From: Gammaproteobacteria bacterium
GTDB taxonomy: Bacteria > Pseudomonadota > Gammaproteobacteria > Eutrophobiales > Eutrophobiaceae
Reading direction: 5' to 3'
Assembly (NCBI GenBank): GCA_965221695.1
Contig: OZ244905.1
Location: forward strand, 1,568,001-1,632,000
DNA length: 64,000 bases
Part shown: piece by piece, positions 42,521 to 51,273 of the stretch
Numbering within the stretch: position 1 is the first letter of the stretch
Layout of the letters: every line of letters begins with the position of its first letter
Program-made: the position numbers and the translations under genes
Notes under the pieces: generated by a model
Told to the model about the DNA's origin: nothing
The model's input: the letters and a program-made list of their open reading frames with translations, nothing else
Database searches by the model: none

Positions 42521-42550
42521 CGGGCATAGGGAACACATCGGGAGATATCT

Positions 42551-43345
42551 ATGAGTAATCGTAGATTAGAAAGCAAAGTCGCGTTGATCACTGGTGGCGG
42601 TACCGGAATAGGAGCCGCCATTGCGCGCAGATTCGTCAATGCCGGCGCTTCCGTTGTAGTGTGCGGGCGACGGGTTGAACCTCTGCAGAGAATAGCCGAC
42701 GAAATCGATTGTCTCCCGCTCGCCGGTGACGTAAGTTCACTGGATGATTGCACGAATTTGGTGGCTGAAACAAAAAAGCAATTGGGCGGTCTTGATATCG
42801 TCGTCGCAAATGCCGGCATTTATTTCGAAGGCAGCGTCATCGAGCAAGATATGGATGAGTGGCAACGCACACTGGATATCAATGTGTCCGGTGTAATGAA
42901 TATTGCCCGTGCTGCCATACCGGAGATGCTGGGCCGCCCGGGCGCCAACATTCTGAATATTTCCTCCATGGCAGCCCTCTTCAGTGGCCCTGGAATGGCC
43001 AGCTACTCCACCGCCAAAGCCGCATTAATTGGCTTAACTCGGGCTATGGCTGTGGACTATGGCCCACAAGGAATCCGCGTTAATTGCTTATGTCCCGGCT
43101 GGATCAAAACGCCAATGAGCACACAGGAAATGCACGATTTGTCAGCCTTGAAAAATATCAGCGTCGAACAGGCTTTTTTTGAAGCGACCCGCTATCTCCC
43201 ACTTCAGAGAATGGCGGATGCAGATGAAATTGCCGCCTGTGCCGAGTTCCTGACTTCGGAAGATGCGTCATTTGTCACCGGAACCACCCTGGTTGCGGAC
43301 GGCGGTGGCTCAGCCAAAGATATTGGTACGCTGGCATTTGAATAA
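42551..43345 (+). CDS. SDR oxidoreductase
   Basis: TGGGTGIG, NAG, YSTAK, PGWIKT. Confidence 0.93.
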   Translation: MSNRRLESKVALITGGGTGIGAAIARRFVNAGASVVVCGRRVEPLQRIADEIDCLPLAGDVSSLDDCTNLVAETKKQLGGLDIVVANAGIYFEGSVIEQDMDEWQRTLDINVSGVMNIARAAIPEMLGRPGANILNISSMAALFSGPGMASYSTAKAALIGLTRAMAVDYGPQGIRVNCLCPGWIKTPMSTQEMHDLSALKNISVEQAFFEATRYLPLQRMADADEIAACAEFLTSEDASFVTGTTLVADGGGSAKDIGTLAFE

Positions 43346-43451
43346 GGCCTGTCTTATCGTTCCATGCGCAGCATTACAAATCGGGCCGGCATCCATTTGG
43401 CCAATCTGTAGTACTAACCCGAATATCCGCCCGCTATACTCATTCCCCCGG

Positions 43452-43898
43452 CTACCATACCCCCACATTCTCCGCCGACGCCCAGGGTTCCTTAGGAGGC
43501 TGGGCTTCGCCCTTCTGTAACAGCTCAATAGAAATATTATCCGGCGTGCGCAGAAAAGCCATATAACCATCCCGAGGCGGACGATTGATCGTAACACCGC
43601 TGTCAGCAATCTTCTGACAGGTGGCATAAATATCATCCACCTCGAACGCAACATGGCCGAAATTGCGCCCGCCGGTATACTCTTCCGGGTCCCAGTTATA
43701 GGTCAACTCCAGCACCGGCGCAGGCATCTTCATCCCTTCAGCCTGGTCTGCATCACCGGACGCGGCCAAAAACACCAGAGTAAAGCGGCCCTGCTCACTC
43801 TCCATCCGTTTCACCTCCCGCATCCCCATAGTACCGCAGAAAAAAGACAGACTCTCATCCAGGTCGGAAACCCGGAGCATCGTATGTAGATATCGCAT
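43452..43898 (-). CDS. gloA: Lactoylglutathione lyase (glyoxalase I, VOC family)
   Basis: [32 protein letters not shown]. Confidence 0.88.
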   Translation of the reverse strand: MRYLHTMLRVSDLDESLSFFCGTMGMREVKRMESEQGRFTLVFLAASGDADQAEGMKMPAPVLELTYNWDPEEYTGGRNFGHVAFEVDDIYATCQKIADSGVTINRPPRDGYMAFLRTPDNISIELLQKGEAQPPKEPWASAENVGVW

Positions 43899-43919
43899 TG
43901 GTTTTCTCCTTAATCAGAA

Positions 43920-44342
43920 TTATGGAAGCCAGGCACGGCTTTCAATATTATTGCTTCCGCATGACTTGACCAGCGCATGGGGAATATTCGGGCTCGCCGG
44001 ATCAACACTTATCTCTCTGCGACCTGGGTTTACAACCAAATCCATATCTTCCATCGGCACAGCGCCGAGCAGGACTTCATCGCCAAGGACCAGGGCGCCG
44101 ACATAACAGAAACGGTCCCTGAAAGAGACCTTAATCGGACCGACATAGGGCACATTCATATTCCTGCCATCCGCCATCGACACTTCTCTCAAGGATTCAG
44201 TGCTGAGCTTGAGTTGGAGCGCAATGCGCTCGGGGATACATAACATCAACGCGCGTGTATCGGCAAGTGCATTGACCTTGATTGAAGTCAACTGCTGTTC
44301 CCGCGGATTGCTTAATTCTATTTCTGTGAAGATGTGTCCCAT
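43920..44342 (-). CDS. Clan AA (retropepsin-like) aspartic protease with altered catalytic motif
   Basis: ALADTRA (canonical DTGA), ADG, VLLGAVPMEDMDLVVNP. Confidence 0.8.
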   Translation of the reverse strand: MGHIFTEIELSNPREQQLTSIKVNALADTRALMLCIPERIALQLKLSTESLREVSMADGRNMNVPYVGPIKVSFRDRFCYVGALVLGDEVLLGAVPMEDMDLVVNPGRREISVDPASPNIPHALVKSCGSNNIESRAWLP

Positions 44343-44371
44343 AGTCTACCCAACAAACCTGTATGAACTTA

Positions 44372-44560
44372 TCACGGAAGCCAGTTATTTGAAAGCTCAC
44401 CAAGCACATTGTCTACCAACTTTACCGCATCATCAATATCCGTGTCTGTCGTGTCAAAACCAAGACTGAAACGGATGGATGCCTCCGCATCTTCAGGTGA
44501 CAGACCAATGGCTTTAAGAACATGTGAAGGTTCGGGGATGCCGGATGTGCAGGCAAGCAT
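44372..44560 (-). pseudogene. C-terminal fragment of an IscS/DndA-like cysteine desulfurase
   Basis: ACTSGIPEPSHVLKAIGL...SIRFSLG; only about 60 aa, PLP domain missing. Confidence 0.85.
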
Positions 44561-44581
44561 AATACCAATTGATTCAGAACA

Positions 44582-46279
44582 TCAACCGTGCCATTCGATC
44601 AATTGCTGATTAGCTTTCAACCTGGCCCGCTGATGCATCACGGCCTCAAAAATTATGGCTAAGTCCGATGAATCGTTGTTCAGCAAAGGTAACGCAGCTT
44701 GAGCTTCCATCAGAAACTGTTCTTTCATTGTGCTGTTAATATAACCTGCGCTCCACCAGTCTGTAATCCGTTCCCTGGAATTATGCAGTAATGGCGCTGA
44801 CGGTAGCTTTTCACGTTTTTGTCCGTTCGCCGTTACACTGGCAGGCATCAAATTCCACAGATCGTTGTTATACCATCGACTCCACGGGAAGCAATGGTCA
44901 ATCTCATAATGTTCATTCCTGAGTCTTTTATCCGTCCATACACAATGAATTGTCTTACCCTTTTGTAGTAACTGCTGCACCCGGCTTCGAGCCGGCTGGG
45001 TATCTCGCTGACCTTCATCCCATTGTAAAGCCCTGTAGTAAATTGAATCGTCGTAACGTGTTTGATAGCCTTGCATCAGTCTAACCCATTCGTTAACGAT
45101 GACGGGTTCTAACCAGCAAGCATACTGTCCCATACATTGCCATATTTCTGCCGGAATTTCGAAAACGCCGAATTGGCTTAGAGTCTCTTTATCAATTCGC
45201 CAGAATTTTACATTTGTTAGTTGTACTGTTTCCTTGTTACAGCTAAATACCGGATCATCCCTGCCTGGATGTGTAATGAATTTCGTAGGCATTTTTTGAA
45301 TATTTTCACAAATATCCCTGATCGCGCCGATTACAAAGCGAGCATGTTCCGAATCAAACTCCGCACCAATTCTAAGGTCAAATGATGAGAAGCGATTTAA
45401 CTGATAGAAGTTATCCTTTGCAAAGCCTAGATACCTTCGATTCGATATATCATGCCTCGGGTTTTGAGGAAGCTCATGTTGCAACACCAAAGGCATATAG
45501 AGCTTGAGCCAATATAATCCTACCAGCCCGAATGGTATTTCGACTTTATCATCGGTACGCTTGCTGACCATTCCTGGCGCGCCCTCTGCGATGTGAATTA
45601 AGGCGCGCAATAAACCCAGCTTATAAGTGGCTGACTTATCGTCATTGACTATGATATGACGCAATAGGGGCAAACTACCCGTGCCATCATCCGGCAATTG
45701 AAAGACCACCGTCTCCCAATGAACATCCGGCCGGGCAAGATTGTCCTCGGAACTTTCATAAAAGACTTGTGCCAATGCGCGTTGCTTGGCGAGTTGTTCC
45801 AGTTCCCCGCTGCTAACCTCATGGAAACCTCTATCAAGGTTTTCCTGCTCATCGTTTCCGTGACGGAGTGTGAATACCAGGATACCTCCCTGCGCAAGAA
45901 GTTCGCCAATGATGCGAAACGCCCTCTCTCTTTTATTCGGTGACACATGCATCCATACGGCGCTCAGAAGTATCAGGTTGAAACGGTGGCCGGCAGCTCG
46001 CAGGGATTTCAATTCCGGCAGTTCATCACCCTGCCATATGACATTAGCATGGCTGCCCGGTTTGGCCAGTTCCCGAAACGCTTTACATGGCTCAACGGCA
46101 ACCACATCCCAACCCTTATCAGCCAGCCAGTTCGCATCGCGCCCGCTGCCGGCCCCAATGTCCAAGGCGATGCCCGGATTATCCGGAATGAAACGGGACC
46201 AAGACGCATGCAGTGATTCGGGATCCAGGGAGTCGTACCTGGAAACCAGTTTTCGCGCATTGTCCGAATAATATTTCAC
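44582..46279 (-). CDS. Class I SAM methyltransferase fused to HNH endonuclease (start uncertain, may extend to 46342)
   Basis: LDIGAGSGRDA, LSAVWMH; middle KSATYKLGLLRAL; C-terminal EIDHCFPW...NDLWNLMP...NGQK. Confidence 0.85.
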   Translation of the reverse strand: MKYYSDNARKLVSRYDSLDPESLHASWSRFIPDNPGIALDIGAGSGRDANWLADKGWDVVAVEPCKAFRELAKPGSHANVIWQGDELPELKSLRAAGHRFNLILLSAVWMHVSPNKRERAFRIIGELLAQGGILVFTLRHGNDEQENLDRGFHEVSSGELEQLAKQRALAQVFYESSEDNLARPDVHWETVVFQLPDDGTGSLPLLRHIIVNDDKSATYKLGLLRALIHIAEGAPGMVSKRTDDKVEIPFGLVGLYWLKLYMPLVLQHELPQNPRHDISNRRYLGFAKDNFYQLNRFSSFDLRIGAEFDSEHARFVIGAIRDICENIQKMPTKFITHPGRDDPVFSCNKETVQLTNVKFWRIDKETLSQFGVFEIPAEIWQCMGQYACWLEPVIVNEWVRLMQGYQTRYDDSIYYRALQWDEGQRDTQPARSRVQQLLQKGKTIHCVWTDKRLRNEHYEIDHCFPWSRWYNNDLWNLMPASVTANGQKREKLPSAPLLHNSRERITDWWSAGYINSTMKEQFLMEAQAALPLLNNDSSDLAIIFEAVMHQRARLKANQQLIEWHG

Positions 46280-46400
46280 AGTTCTCAAGGATAGTACATC
46301 TGCTGAACCTGTTGTAAGATATTGCACCTTGCGGTTGTACAAGGACGACTTCGCCTGGGGAACCAGTTGGGGGTTCAGTCACGATATTATCCTTGTCTTT

Positions 46401-47258
46401 ATGAAACAGCGCTTGCTATATATTTTGGTGTTAGCTGGTTTTTCTGTCGCCGCCTTATATGCTTCAGAACTGACCGTAATTGAAAATGCAACGCTTATTG
46501 AATCCGACATGAATGATGGTGACAGTTTTATGGTTGATGCAGGTGGTCGTCAATTGTATTTTCGTCTCTACTATGTCGATTGCCCGGAAACCTCATACAA
46601 CAGCAAACCCGACCTGGAAAGAATCCGCGAACAACAGTTCCACTTCGGCCTGGCAGAACCCCATGAAGTGGTACGCTATGGAGAAGCGGCTGCCAAATAT
46701 GTGCATCAGGTATTGTCCCAGCCATTCACTATCCATACCAGTTACGCTAACGCCCCAAGACGCTCTGCTTCCAGTCGATATTATGCATTCATCGAAACTC
46801 ACGACGGCCGGGACTTGGGCTACCTCCTTATTGAACAAGGTTTGGCTAGAATTCACGGTAAAACACGCCCCAGCCCGAATGGCAAGCCTACCCATACTGT
46901 ATTAGAAGAGTTGCAAGACCTGCGCACCGTCGCTCTGCTGAACCGAGCTGGAATTTGGCAATCAACCCAACCCAAAAGCCTGGCTGACATGCGCAAACGG
47001 CTGCGTGATGATGAACAGAAACTGAAAGAATTACAGAGTATCTTGTCGCAGAAGCGCAACCCCGATGATCCGCCCCTCAACTTGAATTCTGCATCAAACA
47101 AAGAACTCCAGTCAATTCCTGGTATCGGCCCTGCAACTGCCAACAAAATTACCGCCGCCAGACCTTACCGGTCCGTTGATGACTTGTTGAGTATTCCAGG
47201 GATTGGCCCGAAGACCTTAGAGAAGATTTCTCCTTACGTGACAGTAAAGGATGAATAA
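46401..47258 (+). CDS. Exported SNase-like nuclease with C-terminal ComEA-like HhH domain
   Basis: Signal/TM; NDGDSF, RLYYVDCPE, LIEQGLAR; LNLNSAS..LQSIPGIGP and LSIPGIGPK. Confidence 0.82.
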   Translation: MKQRLLYILVLAGFSVAALYASELTVIENATLIESDMNDGDSFMVDAGGRQLYFRLYYVDCPETSYNSKPDLERIREQQFHFGLAEPHEVVRYGEAAAKYVHQVLSQPFTIHTSYANAPRRSASSRYYAFIETHDGRDLGYLLIEQGLARIHGKTRPSPNGKPTHTVLEELQDLRTVALLNRAGIWQSTQPKSLADMRKRLRDDEQKLKELQSILSQKRNPDDPPLNLNSASNKELQSIPGIGPATANKITAARPYRSVDDLLSIPGIGPKTLEKISPYVTVKDE

Positions 47259-47357
47259 TCAGATAATTATGAAAAACTAAGCATCCTGATAGCTTGCTTT
47301 TCTGATACAACTCTGAACTGGGGTGTGCACATCAGACAAGAATGAAAACATCCTGAT

Positions 47358-47387
47358 TTGACAACCTCGAAGACTTGCATATAAAGT
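47358..47387 (+). promoter_or_regulatory. Sigma70-like promoter of unit 1
   Basis: TTGACA (47358-63) then TATAAAGT (47380-87); both boxes kept in copy 2 (50588-50617) while the spacer diverges. Confidence 0.65.
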
Positions 47388-47390
47388 AAC

Positions 47391-47510
47391 TCCTGAGAGC
47401 AGTCCCGAACTGTCGCCGGATGCGGCAGTAATGCAGAGGGAACAATAATCCGGGCTGCCTCCCGCTGGGTTTATGGTCGGCGGAGCAAGGGTCGGTGTTC
47501 CGGCCAAGTG
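47391..47510 (+). ncRNA. Candidate structured leader RNA, copy 1
   Basis: Multiple stems; nearly identical to 50621-50740, and the differences keep a hairpin intact. Confidence 0.4.
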
Positions 47511-47539
47511 AAATGAACAACGAGATCGGAGAGGGAAAA

Positions 47540-47998
47540 ATGACAGATGTAGCTTTTGATACGCTAAAGATGGCGCAAGGCTTGAAGGACTCTGGCATGG
47601 AGGCCAAACAAGCGGAATCGGTGGTGATACTGGTGCAAGATGCAATTAATGAGCGAGTAGCGACCAAGGCTGATCTGGCTAAGACGGAGAATACGCTTCG
47701 TGGTGATATGGAGAAAATGGAAACATCGCTTCGTGGTGACATAGAGAATCTGCGGGGCGATATGGAGAGCATGGAAACATCCCTTCGTAGCGATATGGAG
47801 AAGATGGAAACATCCCTACGGGGGGATATGGTGAAGATGGAAACATCGCTACGCCACGAGATGGAGAAGCAGGAAATATCGATGGACCACCGGCTCAAGA
47901 ATCTGGAATTGCGGCTGATGGTAAAAATTGTCCTGATTCAAGCTGCGTTCACGGGTTCGCTCCTCGGCGCTTTAAGATTTTTTTTCTTGCCGGGATAA
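47540..47998 (+). CDS. DUF1640/CCDC90-like coiled-coil protein with C-terminal TM, long allele (152 aa)
   Basis: FDTLK...GMEAKQAE...ATKADL head, LRGDMEKMETS 11-residue repeats, hydrophobic tail. Confidence 0.8.
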   Translation: MTDVAFDTLKMAQGLKDSGMEAKQAESVVILVQDAINERVATKADLAKTENTLRGDMEKMETSLRGDIENLRGDMESMETSLRSDMEKMETSLRGDMVKMETSLRHEMEKQEISMDHRLKNLELRLMVKIVLIQAAFTGSLLGALRFFFLPG

Positions 47999-48134
47999 CA
48001 AACAATTTCCAACGCTTTGTTCTTACGGTGCGTCGGTAATACCGGCAGTTTTATTGCAACAAACTAACAGGGTTACCACGGTATAAGAACCGAAATAGCG
48101 TGGCCATCGAAGAGTAGTATTCCGGTTTTGGAAC

Positions 48135-48980
48135 TTAAGCTGCTTTTTCAATCAAATGCTTTGCTGCATCGACGGGTGAAGTGGCAGGGTACAAGCCTAA
48201 ATCTCTTTTGGATGCTTCGTAGTCTAATTCCTCTACAAATTCACTAACTTCCGAGGTTTCATCAGAATCTGGTATCTGTAGTAATAACTCACAGGATTTC
48301 GGATGAAACAAGGCGCTCTCATCCCTGAGACGGTCAAGTTGCCATAGCTTGCTCTGAGCTCTTACCAGTACTCTTTGAATTTGAGTTGATTCGGTAATTG
48401 CATCAAACTGCGCCGCATAATTACTGGATAGAAAACTGAATGATAGCGGTACGCCAGAGTCCCGGACTGGGACGCTTTTGTCAAAATAATTCAGGAAGTC
48501 TTTCCGCTCATTAGCTACGACTTTAATTATTTCACTCTGCCAGGTTTTTGGCGCAGACATTACGGAAGCTTTGTTTGACCCCGTGTTGTCTGCTTCATGT
48601 GAAGCAGCGAAAGATGAGGATTGTCGAGCTGCCCTGGATAACCCCTCCTCAATACTTTCAGCAACGGAGGAACGTAGTTCTCCAACATAAAACCTGTCCA
48701 AGGGTGGAGACCATTTGTTTGATAGCGGATTTGCCGAGTAGTACTGTTCGGCATGATCAATACACAAACTCAATGCATCTGCTATTCGAGCGCTAAATTC
48801 CCGACCGTAGATTTTTTTCAACTGAGATGTTGTGATCAGTTTTGCCGCTATCAGCTCCTGGTCGTCTCCTTTCACGATGGCCCCTAGAGTTATCCTTTCG
48901 CCCGAGAGTGGGACAGGCTCGATTTGAAGACTCCTCCATGAAAAACCGTATCCGGGTAATTCAGGAAATGATTGTGACAT
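48135..48980 (-). CDS. DUF3037-like partner of the HipA-like kinase
   Basis: N-terminal IEPVPLSGERITLG signature; ATG directly follows the kinase TGA. Confidence 0.65.
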   Translation of the reverse strand: MSQSFPELPGYGFSWRSLQIEPVPLSGERITLGAIVKGDDQELIAAKLITTSQLKKIYGREFSARIADALSLCIDHAEQYYSANPLSNKWSPPLDRFYVGELRSSVAESIEEGLSRAARQSSSFAASHEADNTGSNKASVMSAPKTWQSEIIKVVANERKDFLNYFDKSVPVRDSGVPLSFSFLSSNYAAQFDAITESTQIQRVLVRAQSKLWQLDRLRDESALFHPKSCELLLQIPDSDETSEVSEFVEELDYEASKRDLGLYPATSPVDAAKHLIEKAA

Positions 48981-49778
48981 TCATTCCTCCTCTCTCACAG
49001 TACTGTCCGGCGCTGAAAGATTTAATTCTTGTTGTTTGATATCCAGACTTTCGGTAATGATAGCATGCATATGTTTACTACGCTCAGCGAGAAATCTTAT
49101 ATATTTGCGGAATATTTGCGCGCTTCCAGGCAGGTTCTCAGTAAGCAATAGCTTATGTATTTCATTCCAATCAATTGACTTATACTCATCAATATACACA
49201 AGCGCCTTCTTCCTAATCCGATGCCGCTCCAATTCCGATTTGTTACGAGCAAGTTGCTGTAGTAGCTGTGCGTTTGCAGACGAACCGGGAGATGCGTAGT
49301 TTGGTAAGGCTTCATCGTGATCAATCAAGCGAAAATGCCTTTTGCCATGAAATATCAAGTTGTTCGGGATTCTATCCCGGTTGTAAATCCACTCATCGAA
49401 TACTGCCAAGCGGAGAACATCACTCCATCCAGAGATATCATCTTCTGTAGGAAGGTGAGTTAGCCGAAATGCTGATATTTCATCAGCTTCAATGCCAAAA
49501 GCAATGTTATGAATGTTGCTTGGACAGTAATCACTCATAATACTGGGATCGACTTGGACATAATACGGTTGCAGCATTGGGAGTTGAAGTTTCCTTGCCA
49601 ATACAGCGCACAGCGCCTCTTTGGCTACGCCGTCAATATCGATCAATTTAATATAGGCATCCTTCAGGCCCTGATCAGTAGATATTTCAGCCCTTAATGT
49701 TGCCCCTTTAGATGACGGCACCGGTTGTGCACCGGGATAAGCGGTTGCAAGCCTTATCTGAAAACAATTTGTCGTCAT
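48981..49778 (-). CDS. HipA-like Ser/Thr kinase
   Basis: AYIK, EALCAVLA..L.LP, FDEWIYNRDR..NNL, LIDHD. Confidence 0.85.
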   Translation of the reverse strand: MTTNCFQIRLATAYPGAQPVPSSKGATLRAEISTDQGLKDAYIKLIDIDGVAKEALCAVLARKLQLPMLQPYYVQVDPSIMSDYCPSNIHNIAFGIEADEISAFRLTHLPTEDDISGWSDVLRLAVFDEWIYNRDRIPNNLIFHGKRHFRLIDHDEALPNYASPGSSANAQLLQQLARNKSELERHRIRKKALVYIDEYKSIDWNEIHKLLLTENLPGSAQIFRKYIRFLAERSKHMHAIITESLDIKQQELNLSAPDSTVREEE

Positions 49779-49855
49779 TTTATCCAAGACTGAAGCGACT
49801 ATGGACTATTCAAAGACTTAATGGGATAAATTGCCATCGCACCAGGTGTATTATC

Positions 49856-50506
49856 CTACTCCAGAAGGAACTTAGAAAATCTTAGTCCTAATGGTGTGAG
49901 CCTTACCGGATAGTTTCCATAGTCGGCAGTTATAATCATGGGAGCATCACTCAGGTGAAGTAGATTGACTCTATGCAACTCTGCGACTAAAGCCATCAGC
50001 AAATCTGGCGAATATTCAGGGAAGCGGCCGTGGAGTTCACCAAAAGTAATGCTGTATGATTGGTCCTCGTTTCCTTCCCAGTTTCCTGCATTCACTACAG
50101 TGCCAATTACTTCGACGGCGCCACTGGAAAGTGTTTCCACGCAGCGGGACATATGATCCAGTTCTGTGTAGCTAAGTTTTTCCGGATCATCTTCTTGTAA
50201 CAGAAGATTTGCAAGAATAGCGGTGGCGGCCTTCAACTTATCATCGCGATGGCTCCGTATGATGGATAAATAACAAGATTTGAACAATTCAGCGAACTCT
50301 TCCCTATTCACTGTGTTCATATCAATACGATCACCAAGATTTTCGACGCGCACACGAAGGAATTCGATAGTGCGCTCTATAGATTTCTCAGTAGCGGTAG
50401 GGATGTAGTCACCAACCAAGCTTGCGATTGAGCCTCCGATATAAGGTATAGCTGACAATCCTGCCTTGATTAATGCAAGGGTATGTTTCGATGCATTTTT
50501 TGTCAT
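49856..50506 (-). CDS. Hypothetical protein (loosely DUF4393/Abi-alpha-like)
   Basis: AIPYIGGSIA N-terminus, C-terminal winged-helix-like LTPLG.RF; AT-rich. Confidence 0.55.
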   Translation of the reverse strand: MTKNASKHTLALIKAGLSAIPYIGGSIASLVGDYIPTATEKSIERTIEFLRVRVENLGDRIDMNTVNREEFAELFKSCYLSIIRSHRDDKLKAATAILANLLLQEDDPEKLSYTELDHMSRCVETLSSGAVEVIGTVVNAGNWEGNEDQSYSITFGELHGRFPEYSPDLLMALVAELHRVNLLHLSDAPMIITADYGNYPVRLTPLGLRFSKFLLE

Positions 50507-50620
50507 TTATCGAATACAACGACTATTGTTGCGCCTCAAAGATTAAGTATTCACGCAGGATTTAGGCAAGAAACATAATATCTTGATTTGACAATCTCGG
50601 AAACTCGCATATAAAGTGAC

Positions 50621-50740
50621 TCCTGAGAGCAGTCCCGAACTGTCGCCGGATGCGGCAGTAATGCAGAGGGAACAATAATCCGGGCTGCCTCCCGCCGGGT
50701 TTATATCCCGCGCGGCAAGGGTCGGTGTTCCGGCCAAGTG
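50621..50740 (+). ncRNA. Candidate structured leader RNA, copy 2
   Basis: Same length and stems as 47391-47510. Confidence 0.4.
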
Positions 50741-50768
50741 ATTTGAACAACACGATTGGAGCAGGAAA

Positions 50769-51116
50769 ATGGTTGATGCAGCTTTTGATACCCTGAAAAT
50801 GGCGCAAGGCTTGAAGGACTCCGGCATGGAGGCCAAACAAGCGGAATCGGTGGTGATACTGGTGCAAGATGCGATTAATGAGCGAGTAGCGACCAAGGCT
50901 GACTTGGCTGTGCTTCGCGGTGACATAGAGAATCTGCGGGGCGATATGGAGAAGATGGAAACATCGCTACGGCACGAGATGGAGAAGCAGGAAATATCGA
51001 TGGATCACCGGTTCAAGAATCTGGAATTGCGGCTGATGGTAAAAATTGTCCTGATTCAAGCTGCGTACACGGGTTCGCTGTTGGGCGCTTTAAGATTCTT
51101 TCTCTTGCCGGGATAA
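50769..51116 (+). CDS. DUF1640/CCDC90-like coiled-coil protein, short allele (115 aa)
   Basis: Near-identical head and tail to 47540-47998, 37 aa fewer in the stalk. Confidence 0.8.
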   Translation: MVDAAFDTLKMAQGLKDSGMEAKQAESVVILVQDAINERVATKADLAVLRGDIENLRGDMEKMETSLRHEMEKQEISMDHRFKNLELRLMVKIVLIQAAYTGSLLGALRFFLLPG

Positions 51117-51273
51117 CCAACAATTTGTAGCGCTTTGTTCTTACGCCGCCTCGGTAATACCGGCAGATTTATTGCAACAAACTAACAGGGTTACCACGGT
51201 ATAAAAACCGAAATAGCGTGGCCATCGAAGAGTAGTATTTCGGTTATGGAGTTTAAGCTGCAAAGCCGCATTG

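Larger units (their letters stand above)
47337..48143 (+). repeat. Direct repeat unit, copy 1 (promoter, leader, coiled-coil gene, 145-bp tail)
   Basis: Aligns with 50567-51261 across noncoding and coding parts; length differs essentially by the internal repeat number in the gene. Confidence 0.9.
50567..51261 (+). repeat. Direct repeat unit, copy 2
   Basis: Aligns with 47337-48143. Confidence 0.9.

Noticed and set aside
47385-47480. Twister-like (TAA, GTCCC, GCAGAGGG) and HDV-like (GCCTCCCGCTGG) words in the leader
   Set aside because: I could not build the required pairings (no AAGC loop for twister, no P2 partner for HDV); kept only as an unclassified structured RNA.
47690-47860. 33-bp tandem repeats as a possible CRISPR array
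   Set aside because: No unique spacers; the repeats are in-frame coding units; no cas genes in the window.
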